Shown one piece after another: positions 20,309-30,700 of a DNA stretch of 64,000 bases. Position numbers and translations under genes: made by a program. The stretch lies in assembly GCA_965205015.1 (NCBI GenBank), contig OZ242029.1, positions 5,216,001-5,280,000 of the forward strand, in the 5' to 3' direction. Below the pieces are notes generated by a model that was not told the origin of the DNA, did not search any database, and saw only the letters and a list, made by a program, of their open reading frames with translations. Source of the DNA: Candidatus Poribacteria bacterium (lineage in GTDB: Bacteria > Poribacteria > WGA-4E > WGA-3G). Position 1 is the stretch's first letter. Each line of letters opens with the position of its first letter.

Positions 20309-21415
20309 ATGAGAGAAATATACCAAAAAATTCCAGAACTCATTGAATCCTCGCAGGTTGGGGCATACTGCACTGTTGTAGAAACGAAAGGCTCAACCCC
20401 GCAAAAACCCGGCTCGAAGCTTTTGATTCTCCCAGATTTGCGGAACATTGGGACGCTCGGGGGTGGTTGTGTTGAAGCCGAAGCGCGACGACAGGCGATC
20501 GGGCTCATGCAAGACGGTGTACCGCGGCTGCTTGAGTTTCAATTGGATAGCGATTACGGTTGGGACGATGGTCTCATTTGCGGCGGGAATATGAAAATTT
20601 TTATCGATCTTCCGAAGACACCCGCCGAAGCCGAGATGTTTGAGAGGCTTCAAACCTTGAATGCCGAAAAAATTCCACTCGTCTGTGCGACGGTTGTAGC
20701 GAGTGAAAAGCAGGGCGTTGATGTTGGTATGAAGATGATCTTCGCTAACACGGGTGAGCATATCGGCACGTTAGGCGATCCGACCTTGGAAGCGGCAGTG
20801 GAAGCGGAGACGGCGACAGTGCTTGCGCGCAACAGTGCGGGTTTGTTTCAGGAGAACCAAACGGCTTCGGTCTTCTTAGAACCCCTACAGCCAAGACCGA
20901 CGTTGCTCATTGCGGGAGCAGGACATGTCGGTCAAGCCCTCTGTCATCTTGGGAGTTGGTTGGATTTCGACATTGCTATTGTCGACGACCGCGCCGACTT
21001 TGCCTCTGCTGAACGGTTGCCGGAGGCGAACGAAATTATCATCGGTGATATCGCAACGGAACTCCGAAGATACCCGATTACCCGACTGACGTATGTCGTG
21101 ATTGTCACGCGTGGACATCAACACGATGAATCTGCACTCCACAGTGTTGTTGAATCGGATGCCGGTTACATCGGCTTAATCGGCAGTCGTCGTAAGATTA
21201 AACTGATATTTGACGATTTGCTGGAGGCAGGGATTTCCAAGGAGAGACTTCAGCGGGTTTACGCACCCATCGGACTCGATATTAACTCGAAAACAGTACC
21301 GGAGATCGCAGTGAGTATCGTCTCGCAGCTCATCCAGATTCGCAACGCTGCTGACACTATTGGCACCTTTGACGCACAACCGGCGCGAATGCCTACCGTT
21401 AAAATAGCGGGGTGA
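20309..21415 (+). CDS. XdhC/CoxI family molybdoenzyme maturation factor
   Basis: GSTPQKPG, GTLGGGCVE, GLICGG, IAGAGHVG, YIGLIGSRRK, APIGLDI. Confidence 0.92.
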   Translation: MREIYQKIPELIESSQVGAYCTVVETKGSTPQKPGSKLLILPDLRNIGTLGGGCVEAEARRQAIGLMQDGVPRLLEFQLDSDYGWDDGLICGGNMKIFIDLPKTPAEAEMFERLQTLNAEKIPLVCATVVASEKQGVDVGMKMIFANTGEHIGTLGDPTLEAAVEAETATVLARNSAGLFQENQTASVFLEPLQPRPTLLIAGAGHVGQALCHLGSWLDFDIAIVDDRADFASAERLPEANEIIIGDIATELRRYPITRLTYVVIVTRGHQHDESALHSVVESDAGYIGLIGSRRKIKLIFDDLLEAGISKERLQRVYAPIGLDINSKTVPEIAVSIVSQLIQIRNAADTIGTFDAQPARMPTVKIAG

Positions 21416-21771
21416 AAACAATGAAGAAGATTCAGATAAAAGAGGACACAGTCTATACGCTGCCCGAAGTGGTTGACCTTGTAAAACAGACGTTAGACCG
21501 CGTGAGCGCAAAGTCTACTCGGGACCCACAGCGATATTCGTCCACCGATGTCTATTGGCTCCTGTTTGACATGCTCCAGTATGTGAACAGGAATGTCTCG
21601 GGTGAATTTATCCTGCTCCAGACCGAAAAAGACACTTACCGAGTAACTTATGCAGAGGAGGAGGTTGTGAAACAGAAGTCGGATAACAAACTCAAGGCGG
21701 AGATAAACCGAACCGCTCGTTATCTTGAAGAATTGACCGGTAAGAAACCATCATGGGGCGACAGAGAGTGA
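21412..21771 (+). CDS. Hypothetical protein
   Basis: 119-aa ORF coupled to the upstream stop codon (GTGA overlap). Confidence 0.6.
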   Translation: MKTMKKIQIKEDTVYTLPEVVDLVKQTLDRVSAKSTRDPQRYSSTDVYWLLFDMLQYVNRNVSGEFILLQTEKDTYRVTYAEEEVVKQKSDNKLKAEINRTARYLEELTGKKPSWGDRE

Positions 21772-21772
21772 A

Positions 21773-22534
21773 ATGGAAGTTATAAATTGGCTAAATGCAA
21801 ATGATGGTGCTATAATTGGCATGGCTACTGTTGTGCTTGTGGGCATCACAGGTTATTATGCCTATCTGACCCGGCAACTGCTAAAAGCCTCTGATACGCC
21901 AGAAATTGCTATCTCCCTCCGTCCTCATGACATATCGGTTAATCTTGTAATGTTATGCATAGAGAATGTGGGGACAGGAGCAGCACGTGATGTGACGTTT
22001 ATAACAGACCCGCCTTCTATTCCTAATCTTGACATACCGTTTGAAAAGATTGGTTTTCTTAAAAGTGGAATTCGCTATTTTGAATCTGGACGGAAGATCG
22101 AACAGTTTCTCGTAAGTGTAATAGGCAAGTTTGATGAACTAAAACAAACGCGACTTAAGATCACTGTTACATATAAAGATTCAACGAACTACAAACGTGA
22201 ACGGATTTTTCACCTTGATTTTAGCGAAGGTGTAGGGTTTTCACAAATTGGCAGGCCCCCACTTTACGAGATAGCTAAAGCTACAAAAGAAATTCAAAAA
22301 GATTTAAACCGTATTATCACTGGCGTTCATAAACCTATAATTCTTACAGAACCGCTGTCTAAGCATCGCCTGGGGCGGCATGCTGGTTCTCTGGAGAGTC
22401 GAATAGAGCAATTCCCAATGGAAGTTCAACAAGAAATTTTACAAGAAGTGAACGGTTTCCTCAGCAAACGGGAGCAAGAGATTCAGAAAAAAGAGCGAGA
22501 TGAGAAAACGGACACGGACGCAGATTTATCATGA
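21773..22534 (+). CDS. Hypothetical protein with N-terminal TM helix
   Basis: AIIGMATVVLVGITGYYAYLT hydrophobic segment; ENVGTGAARDV Ig-like stretch; visibly AT-richer than its neighbours. Confidence 0.7.
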   Translation: MEVINWLNANDGAIIGMATVVLVGITGYYAYLTRQLLKASDTPEIAISLRPHDISVNLVMLCIENVGTGAARDVTFITDPPSIPNLDIPFEKIGFLKSGIRYFESGRKIEQFLVSVIGKFDELKQTRLKITVTYKDSTNYKRERIFHLDFSEGVGFSQIGRPPLYEIAKATKEIQKDLNRIITGVHKPIILTEPLSKHRLGRHAGSLESRIEQFPMEVQQEILQEVNGFLSKREQEIQKKERDEKTDTDADLS

Positions 22535-22550
22535 GAAGGAGATAAAATAA

Positions 22551-22775
22551 GTGATAGTTCCAGTTCATATCTACCCAAATGAGCGTTTGATTCTGGAAAT
22601 TCCTGACGATGTGGATGAGACCTTAGCAGATAATAATTCGCAGCTATCTGTTGAAGAACGTATGGCTCTATTAGACGAATTCACAGATAAATTTATGGAA
22701 TTTGTCGGTCCTGATTTCCAAATGTTATCAGATTATGCCATGAGCCGCGAGGGAATATACGAAGATCATCCATAG
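22551..22775 (+). CDS. Putative antitoxin
   Basis: Small acidic ORF ending LSDYAMSREGIYEDHP, 2 nt upstream of a PIN gene. Confidence 0.7.
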   Translation: MIVPVHIYPNERLILEIPDDVDETLADNNSQLSVEERMALLDEFTDKFMEFVGPDFQMLSDYAMSREGIYEDHP

Positions 22776-22777
22776 TT

Positions 22778-23221
22778 ATGATTTATTTGGCCGATACCAA
22801 TATTTTGTTGGGAGTTGCGCATCGTGCTGACGCACGTTATCCAATTGTTCAAGCGGCTGTTCATAAACTGTGGGCAAATGGTCATGACCTACAGACAACA
22901 TCACAAAATTTCGCGGAATTCTGGAACGTATCAACTCGGCCCGCTGACCGAAACGGTTTTGGACTCACACCTTACGAGGCATATGAACTCTTGCAAGGCC
23001 TAGAACAGTCTTTCCCTTTGCTGCCCGATTCACCAGATGTTTATCCCGAATGGAGACAACTTGTTATGAAGTATGATGTGTCAGGCGTTCAGGTTCACGA
23101 TGCCCGGTTAGTTACCACGATACTTGTCCATGACGTAAAACATATCTTGACTTTCAACACGCAAGATTTTACCCGCTATGTTCCTGAGGGGATTGTAGCT
23201 ATTGATCCAACAACGATTTAG
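22778..23221 (+). CDS. vapC: PIN domain (VapC-family) toxin
   Basis: YLADTNIL, QNFAEFW, VHDARLV, LTFNTQDF. Confidence 0.88.
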   Translation: MIYLADTNILLGVAHRADARYPIVQAAVHKLWANGHDLQTTSQNFAEFWNVSTRPADRNGFGLTPYEAYELLQGLEQSFPLLPDSPDVYPEWRQLVMKYDVSGVQVHDARLVTTILVHDVKHILTFNTQDFTRYVPEGIVAIDPTTI

Positions 23222-23300
23222 CAATATTTTTCCAGCAAATGTGGAATATGTTGGAATTACAGATAAGCTGAGTAAGAAATAAATTTAGGAAGGGTGTTTT

Positions 23301-24197
23301 ATGAACCAGGAACCGAAGGTAACAGTTGAAGATATTGAGGTATCCGTGGATGCGTTAGATGTCCAAAAAGCGGCAGACATCTTTGAGGCGCATGGGTGTC
23401 TTGTCGTGCGCGGTCTGATGGGACCTTATATTCAGGCGATCCATCAGGACATCGAAGCTGCCGCGGCGGAATCCATATCCTTGCTTGACAAGGCAGAACG
23501 GATTGTCGAAGGATGGCGCACCCCCAACGGCACGCTATTCCTTCCAGCACCAGAAGGCTACGAACGCGACAAACAGATTATGGTCTTGGCGATAGGCTAT
23601 CAGACGAGTGCTGCATTTTTTCAATCCGCTTTAGATGAAACGACAGTCAATATCGTGGAGGCGATCTTAGGACCGAATGTGGAGATCTTTGGTAACGGGC
23701 AGTGTCTCTATAAGGAACCCGTTGGTGGACATCCGAAGCACCTCCATCAGGATTCTGCCTATTTTGAACACCGCTATCAGGGACCCGTCGGCATTCTGAA
23801 CTATGTTGTGGATACCGATTTGATAAATGGGGCGTTACACGTCGTACCCGGTTCACACCGACTCGGACAACTCAAGCATATTGATACCTTCTCACACCTG
23901 GGTCTCGCCGAGGATGAGTGGCCCTGGGAGAGCGCACTTCCCATTTCTGGCAAAGCGGGGGATTCGATCTTCTTTAACGTCAAGACGGTACACGGTTCCA
24001 AACAGAATATGTCGGATAAACCGCGTCCGATTTTCATCAACCGCTATCGTCGAACAGACGATTTCGTGATCATTGGTGGGACAACCACGACGAACCGGGC
24101 AGAAGCAGAGAAACGTGCAGCAGCCGCTGAGGAAGCGAAAAAATCTAATAGCGATCGGGGTTTGATGTTGCGCGGGTTCCGTCCATTTAAGGCATAG
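23301..24197 (+). CDS. PhyH-family Fe(II)/2-oxoglutarate dioxygenase
   Basis: HQD facial motif, NGALHVVPGSH, distal His in VHGS, Arg in PRP. Confidence 0.9.
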   Translation: MNQEPKVTVEDIEVSVDALDVQKAADIFEAHGCLVVRGLMGPYIQAIHQDIEAAAAESISLLDKAERIVEGWRTPNGTLFLPAPEGYERDKQIMVLAIGYQTSAAFFQSALDETTVNIVEAILGPNVEIFGNGQCLYKEPVGGHPKHLHQDSAYFEHRYQGPVGILNYVVDTDLINGALHVVPGSHRLGQLKHIDTFSHLGLAEDEWPWESALPISGKAGDSIFFNVKTVHGSKQNMSDKPRPIFINRYRRTDDFVIIGGTTTTNRAEAEKRAAAAEEAKKSNSDRGLMLRGFRPFKA

Positions 24198-24212
24198 GGA
24201 CAATATGTCCGT

Positions 24213-24238
24213 TTGTCGTAGCGCAATTTATTGCACGT
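24213..24238. repeat. REP-like palindrome, GTMGTAGYGCRATTYATYGCAC family
   Basis: TTGTCGTAGCGCAATTTATTGCACGT; a similar copy lies at 54922-54947. Confidence 0.65.
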
Positions 24239-24303
24239 CGGGACGGATGATGAATCACCGGGCTGCGAACCTGAGTGATTCTTGTCGGACAATTCGTTCA
24301 CCT

Positions 24304-24720
24304 CTACATTTGATACAACATCAGATAGATAATCACACCTGTTACCGAAACGTATAACCATATCGGAAAAGTAATCTTTGCGATGCGTCGGTGTTTCTCA
24401 AACCGCTCTCGCCACGCCAAATAGAGCGTCCGCAACGCCAACGGCACTATCACAAATGCCAGAATAATGTGTGAAATTAGGATAGTGAAGTAGACTGGAC
24501 GAATCCACCCTTGCTTTGTAAACGGCTTCGACCCGGCGTGGTAGTGATAGATAACATAGCAAACCAGAAAAAGCACGGACACACTGAAAGCCGCAAGCAT
24601 GCAGTTTTTATGTGCCGTAATTTTCTGTTGTCGGATTTGTACATATCCGATCGCTAACAGGATACCGCTGATTGTATTCAGCGTCGCATTCACCGTTGGC
24701 AAGTCTGAGATCTCAAGCAC
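24304..24720 (-). CDS. DUF420 family membrane protein
   Basis: LPTVNATLN, HKNCM, YFTILISH, HRRIAKITFPIWLYVSVTGV. Confidence 0.9.
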   Translation of the reverse strand: MLEISDLPTVNATLNTISGILLAIGYVQIRQQKITAHKNCMLAAFSVSVLFLVCYVIYHYHAGSKPFTKQGWIRPVYFTILISHIILAFVIVPLALRTLYLAWRERFEKHRRIAKITFPIWLYVSVTGVIIYLMLYQM

Positions 24721-24771
24721 ATTTCCCTCCTATGTCCTTGCTTGGGCACAACGGGGTGTACCCACTATTTT

Positions 24772-25650
24772 CTACCGGGGCCACCGGTAGGCTTGCGCAC
24801 CCTTGGAATTCTCTAACGCAAATTCCCACCGGTGACACCACGTTTCATACTTCGTGTTACCGGCTTCCGGTCGCAGACGGCTCCGCATGAGGAACGCTGG
24901 ATAGAAAGGTCTTCCTGTCGGTTGATAGACATCGTGATACCGCAGATCGAAACTCCATCGGATGCTCTGCGATTCATTCGGTTTCGCGCTGTGGAGTGTG
25001 TAGTTGTGGAACAGAATAACACCGCCAGCCCGGATCGGCAACGGTTTCGGTGTGAGGTTATCGGGTTGATGTTCCGATGGAACCGCCAATCCAGCCGAGC
25101 TCCAATCGTGCGTGAAGAGCCCCATCTTATGGCTACCCGGTAGCACCTGTAGGCACCCGTTTTCCAACGTCGCATCCACAATCGGAACCCAAACCGTTAG
25201 CATAAAGTAGGGATCGGTGTCGGGCCAGCACACGCCTGCGTCCTGATGCCAAGGGGTCGGTTCCCGTTGTGAACTCCGTTTCGGCAGAACGGCACGGATA
25301 TGTTGGATCGGATTGCAGATGATTTCAGAGCCAACAAAAGACTCGGCGATGTCAAGGATTTTCGGGTTCTTGAGGAAGTTGAAAGTCGCTTCCCCGCGCG
25401 CCTGCATGATGTCCAAATTCGCCGTTATCTCTGGTGCCTCCTTTGAGAGGTGGAGCAACCGTTCTGTGAAAGATTTATCGGCGTGCGTATCTGTAACCTT
25501 CCCTTCGGCGTGCAATTTCTCGGCACGTTCGGCGATAATTCCCTTATATTCATCAATCACAGGACCCAGGTCGTTTTCATCAAGCGCATCTTCAAGCAGT
25601 AGATATCCGTTGTCGTGAAAGAAGGAAACTTGAGATTCAGTTAAACGCAT
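24772..25650 (-). CDS. PhyH-family dioxygenase
   Basis: FFHDNGYL, WHQD, NGCLQVLPGSH, LHSAKPN, RWSFDLRY. Confidence 0.9.
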   Translation of the reverse strand: MRLTESQVSFFHDNGYLLLEDALDENDLGPVIDEYKGIIAERAEKLHAEGKVTDTHADKSFTERLLHLSKEAPEITANLDIMQARGEATFNFLKNPKILDIAESFVGSEIICNPIQHIRAVLPKRSSQREPTPWHQDAGVCWPDTDPYFMLTVWVPIVDATLENGCLQVLPGSHKMGLFTHDWSSAGLAVPSEHQPDNLTPKPLPIRAGGVILFHNYTLHSAKPNESQSIRWSFDLRYHDVYQPTGRPFYPAFLMRSRLRPEAGNTKYETWCHRWEFALENSKGAQAYRWPR

Positions 25651-25703
25651 AATTGCGTCCTCCTTGCGTTATGTTGTAGAGCGTGGCTTACAAACCCCTT
25701 CTG

Positions 25704-26507
25704 CTATCCCCATCGCTGTTCAGGTGGATTGAAGACAAATCCGTGGAAGAATTTCCGCTGTTCCAATGAGAGTTGCTTATTGTAGAAGTCTTTCGGATAT
25801 CCCCAATGTTCCTGTGAGGCGATCATCCACGGATGCTCATAGGCGTAATAGAGCATTTCGCGAGACCCCTCCGGCTTTGTGAAGATACCAGCGGAATGCC
25901 AAACCGCGTTATGAAAGAGAATCGCGCTCCCGGGTGGAGCGCATACCTCAAGGGCACCCGGATATTCGTAAGGATGCCGCAGGTCTTCATGGTTTGGATC
26001 ATACAGTGCTGTGTGGCTGCCCGGTAGGAGCCATAGGTTTCCCTGTCCCCCTTCTGTCATATCCGTCAGATAATAACCGATTTTGAGTTGCAAAAACGGG
26101 ATCGGACGTAGGTTACGATAGCCTTCATCATGTCCATCGATGTGCCACCCCATCGAACGTTCCATGAGATCCGAAGCGTGCTCGATAATGGCATCCGAAG
26201 CGTGATGGTGCGGCATTTTATTCAACAATCCCGTGACATACGGCAAGATGGGTTGCCAATCCAAGAGTTCCAAAAACGCTGGATGATCTCCGAGGATATA
26301 GAAGATACGGGTACTTTTCTCGCCGTGAATGTGTGTCATTCCGGTTTCGGTTACCCCTTTCTCCTCATGTTCCCGCCGCTTCTCAATGACTTCAGCGAGC
26401 GCACTCCTGAGTGTTTCAACGTGTGAAGGCACAAGAAAGTTTTCCAAAACGAGATAGCCGTTGTTTTCAAAGAAGAACTTTTCAGCATCAGTCAATTCGT
26501 ATGACAT
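25704..26507 (-). CDS. PhyH-family dioxygenase
   Basis: FFENNGYL, WHID, LPGSH, VWHSA. Confidence 0.9.
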   Translation of the reverse strand: MSYELTDAEKFFFENNGYLVLENFLVPSHVETLRSALAEVIEKRREHEEKGVTETGMTHIHGEKSTRIFYILGDHPAFLELLDWQPILPYVTGLLNKMPHHHASDAIIEHASDLMERSMGWHIDGHDEGYRNLRPIPFLQLKIGYYLTDMTEGGQGNLWLLPGSHTALYDPNHEDLRHPYEYPGALEVCAPPGSAILFHNAVWHSAGIFTKPEGSREMLYYAYEHPWMIASQEHWGYPKDFYNKQLSLEQRKFFHGFVFNPPEQRWG

Positions 26508-26581
26508 GTCGTAAACCCTCTTCTCTTTCGCGCACTCCGTAGGAGTGCTATGTCAAACAGGTGGCAACTTGCGTTATTTTA

Positions 26582-27550
26582 CTATAAATTGAACAATTTT
26601 ATGGCGTTTTCACTGAAAATTCGCGCTTTATCTGTTTCAGGGATCGGCATCTCCTCAATTAAACCGACAAATCGCGGCATATCCACCCACGGATGGTCTG
26701 TTCCGAACAGCAAGCGGTCTGCGCCGGAATACGCATAAGCATATTGCAGTGATTGCACCGATGGTGACACAGTGTCCAGATAGATACGTCGCAGATACGC
26801 GCTCGGCGGTTGTGTTATATTTTCTCTGGCTCTCCCTAAAACTTCCGTCTGATGGTCAATTCTACCGCTCATATAGGGAAGGATACCGCCAATGTGCGGC
26901 ATCACGATTTGCAGATCAGGGTGACGTTCGAGAATCCCGCTCAGAATCAATCGCAACAACGCGAAACTGTTGTCCACCTGTAATCCCATCATACCGATCA
27001 TCCAGTGGTCTTTGATCGCTTCACCCCACGTCGGGACCGTCGGATGCATCACAATCGGCATCTGCAGTGTTTCGGCGTGTGTATAGACGGGTTCAAATTG
27101 CGGGGCATCAACAGGTTTCCCGCCGATATGGGAATAGAGCATGATCCCCCGAAAACCGAGTCCCTTCACCCGATCCATTTCTGTGATCGCTTCATCTATG
27201 TTTTGCCACGGCAAGCATGCCAATCCTGCGAATCGCTGTGGATGCGCGTCCACAAGTTCAGCGATGGCATTGTTGATCGCTTGCGCGCCCTTGTCCCCTA
27301 ATTCAGGTGCGAGCATGCAGGGCGGCGGTATATTGGTACTGAGCAGTGCCATGTCGACCCCCGCCTCATCCATATCTTTAAGTTTTCGCTTCGGATCGTA
27401 GGCTTCATCTTGTAGCCGGAATGTTTGGACATCGCCGTACGTAACGACAGCCTCGTTCCCACGGCGAATCACTTGCGGTGGGTGTGGGTTCTGCGCGAGG
27501 ATTTCGGTATAAGCGTTTGGAAATATGTGGCTCTGACAATCGATTCGCAT
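26582..27550 (-). CDS. Amidohydrolase_2 family protein (ACMSD/decarboxylase-like)
   Basis: IDCQSH, VMHP, PHIGG, YLDT, LFGTDHP, ENAIKLF. Confidence 0.88.
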   Translation of the reverse strand: MRIDCQSHIFPNAYTEILAQNPHPPQVIRRGNEAVVTYGDVQTFRLQDEAYDPKRKLKDMDEAGVDMALLSTNIPPPCMLAPELGDKGAQAINNAIAELVDAHPQRFAGLACLPWQNIDEAITEMDRVKGLGFRGIMLYSHIGGKPVDAPQFEPVYTHAETLQMPIVMHPTVPTWGEAIKDHWMIGMMGLQVDNSFALLRLILSGILERHPDLQIVMPHIGGILPYMSGRIDHQTEVLGRARENITQPPSAYLRRIYLDTVSPSVQSLQYAYAYSGADRLLFGTDHPWVDMPRFVGLIEEMPIPETDKARIFSENAIKLFNL

Positions 27551-27599
27551 TTTTTCAGTTAAAGATGTTTTATTTTTCTCAGGACTTACGCGGTTTCCT

Positions 27600-27625
27600 T
27601 GCTGGCGAGGTTTCCGAACCTCGCC
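27600..27625. repeat. REP-like palindrome, GGCGAGGTT..AACCTCGCC family
   Basis: TGCTGGCGAGGTTTCCGAACCTCGCC; related copies at 38005-38028, 54043-54087 and 59444-59467. Confidence 0.75.
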
Positions 27626-27683
27626 TCTTTAGCATAGTATGCCATGTCTGACGCTTTTTTATCAAGCAATCTTTTTTAAATTA

Positions 27684-27712
27684 TTGCGATTCGAGACCTC
27701 TTGTGCTATCAT
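27684..27712 (+). promoter_or_regulatory. Sigma70-type promoter for the large secreted protein
   Basis: TTGCGA-17 bp-TATCAT with TG extension. Confidence 0.5.
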
Positions 27713-27776
27713 CTAAGATATAAAAACCACTTGCCAATCAAACCTATGATGTGAGGAAGCGAGGAGCGGAAAGTCC

Positions 27777-30700
27777 ATGAAAGACTGGAAAATCTTTATT
27801 ATCTTTACCTGTCTATTGATACCTATTTTCGGAAGTTATCAAAGTGCCGATGCACAGGAAAATCTCGCCCAACAGGTGTATGCAATCTTTGAGCGAAACT
27901 GCCTCAACTGCCATGGAGAACACGGCGCGTTTACTGAAGAAATCATTATTGAGCACACAGCACTCATCGAAACAGGCGCAGTTGTTCCGGGAAGACCGAT
28001 TGAATCTGAACTCTATAAGCGACTCCGCACAAACGATCCAGCGAAACGGATGCCGTTGGGTCAACCGAAACTTCCCACCGCTGCGATTCTGACGATTGGC
28101 AACTGGATTCAAGCCGGTGCGCCGGATTGGCAGACCCCAGAACGAGACACCGCCTTCATCACACCCACCGAAATGCTTGAGACGATTGAGACGCATATCA
28201 CCTCGTTGGCACCGTTTGACCGCACCTTCGCCCGCTATTTTACAATGACACATCTCTATAACGCAGGTGAGAGTGGGGAAGCACTCCACGCCTATCAACG
28301 GGCACTCTCGAAACTCGTCAATAGTCTTTCGTGGGGACGCGAGGTTATCAGACCTCAGCCTATTGATCCAGAAGAAACGATCTTCTATATTGACCTCCGA
28401 GATTATGAATGGGAGATCGGAACCAATCGATGGACGCAGATTGAACAGGTGTATCTGTATAGTATTGAGTTTGATGCACCGACACAAACGACTCTCCGTG
28501 AAAAATTAACAAACCTGCGCGAAGCGATGAATTGTGAGGTGCCGTTCGTTCATGTGGATTGGTTTATCGCCACTGCCTCCTTGCCACCCCTCTATCACGA
28601 CATCTTGGACCTTCCACAGACGGATCGGGAGTTAGAGGCAAGACTTGAAGTGAATGTGGTCGAAAATATTCGCAACGCTCCAGGGAAGCGCGTCTGGCGA
28701 GCCGGTTTCAATGATTCTGGCGTGTCGGCAAACAACCGTGTTGTTGAACGGCATAGGTCTCGGTATGGAGCATATTGGAAAAGTTACGACTTTGCTGGAA
28801 GTGTAGGAACGCAGCATATCTTTACGCATCCGCTCTCTTTTGAACACGATGGTGGTGAGATCATCTTCAACCTTCCCAACGGGTTACAGGCATACTATTT
28901 AGTAGATGCTGGTGGTAATCGTCTGAATGCAGCACCGATAAACATTGTTTCCAACCCCGCTGCAAGCGATCCGACTGTCCGCAATGGACTTTCTTGCATC
29001 GGATGTCATACAGAGGGTATGAAGGTATTTGAAGATGAGGTGCGGGGTGTTGTTGAACAGAATCCGAACCCGCCTTATGACAAAGCGCGGGCATTGCGTC
29101 TTTACACGGAACAAGGGACAATGAAGGCACTTGTGGCGGAGGATACGCAACGTTATCGTCAGGCACTTGAAGCAGCAGGCGATATATTTGGTGGGATTGA
29201 ACCCATTCAGCGATTCCACGAAGCATTCCAAGGTCCGGTAGATGCAACACATGCAGCAGCAGCAGTAGGTTTAGAAACAGAAGACTTTCTCGAAAAGGTT
29301 CGCGAGAATGTGAGTCTAAAGAACTTAGGGTTAGCGGTGCTGACGGGGGCGAGTGGGAGTGTGAAACGGGATACTTGGACATCGAATTTCGGTGAAATAG
29401 TTACAATGCTGAACTCTCCTGACAATAATGTAGTGAAACCTGTTGTGCCTCGGACAGAACGTATCCCTGGTGCTTCTGTTCATATCCCGGACCCGAATCT
29501 TCGCGATGCAATTGCAGAGGCACTCGGTAAAGCACCGAGGTCCCCCATTACAGTTGCGGAGATGGCAACATTAGAACGTCTTTACGCAAGCGAGATGGGC
29601 ATTAGGGATTTGACGGGACTTGAATTTGCAACAAGTCTGAGAGTTTTACTTATTAATCATAATTTGATGCCCGACCTCTCTCCGCTTGCCGGATTAACCC
29701 AACTGCGTCAGTTACGGATGGCAGAGAATAAGATTTCGGATATTTCACCACTTACAGAACTAAAAAATTTAGGGGCACTCGAAATATATGAGAATGAAAT
29801 ATCGGACATCTCACCACTGGCAGGATTGACAAACTTACATTGGTTATCTATGTATAAGAACCCAGTCTCAGACATCTCACCACTGGCAAGTTTAAAAGGT
29901 CTCCGTGGGATAAGGGTGAGTGTTAAAGAGGGAGGCAACCTATCACCTCTCGCAGAATTAATCAACTTGGAGAATATTTACTACTGGGGTTCGGGCGATC
30001 CTGTTCCTGATTTATCCCCTCTAACGAACTTACCAAAACTAATAAAGATAGATATTCGGGGTGGTGGTAAAGTGGACGTATCACCTTTAGCAGGATTGAC
30101 AGCTGTGAAAGAACTATGGCTACACGAATGCGGAATCTCGGACCTCTCATTTTTAGAGAAACTAACCGGCTTGGAACAATTACATCTGACACGCAACAAC
30201 ATCTCAGATGTATCACCTTTAGCAACATTAACCCATCTGAAATCGATAGATCTTAGGGAAAACCAGATATCCGACTTTTCACCTTTGTCAGGGTTAGCCG
30301 AGACTGCCGCTATCTCTCGGGTATTTAACCCAGGATCCCCAAAAGGTGGACCTAAAATAGAAGGACCTTGGTTATGGGTGACGGTGCCAGGGGAACGCCT
30401 TACAGACAGTCCGGATTTGTTGGCAGAAGCCAGTGGCGGTATTGTAACAGAAGATCGTCTTGCCACTTTCGGGGCATCGGAAGGAATATTTGTCGGAAAC
30501 AATGTATGGACACAGCACAGGATACCTCCCGATGGACGTAATAATATCAATCAAATGTTGGAATCCAGTGGTATCGAGCCAAATGAGAACAATCGGGTTG
30601 TCTATGGTTCTATTATGTTGAATTCACCGCGCAAACAGGACACGAATATGTTTGTCGGGAGTGATGATGCTGTCAAAATCTGGCTTAATAGCGATTTGGT

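Noticed and set aside
29600-30300. Regularly spaced DNA repeats resembling a CRISPR array
   Set aside because: The 66-bp period is in frame, degenerate at third positions, and encodes LRRs. No cas genes or unique spacers are present.
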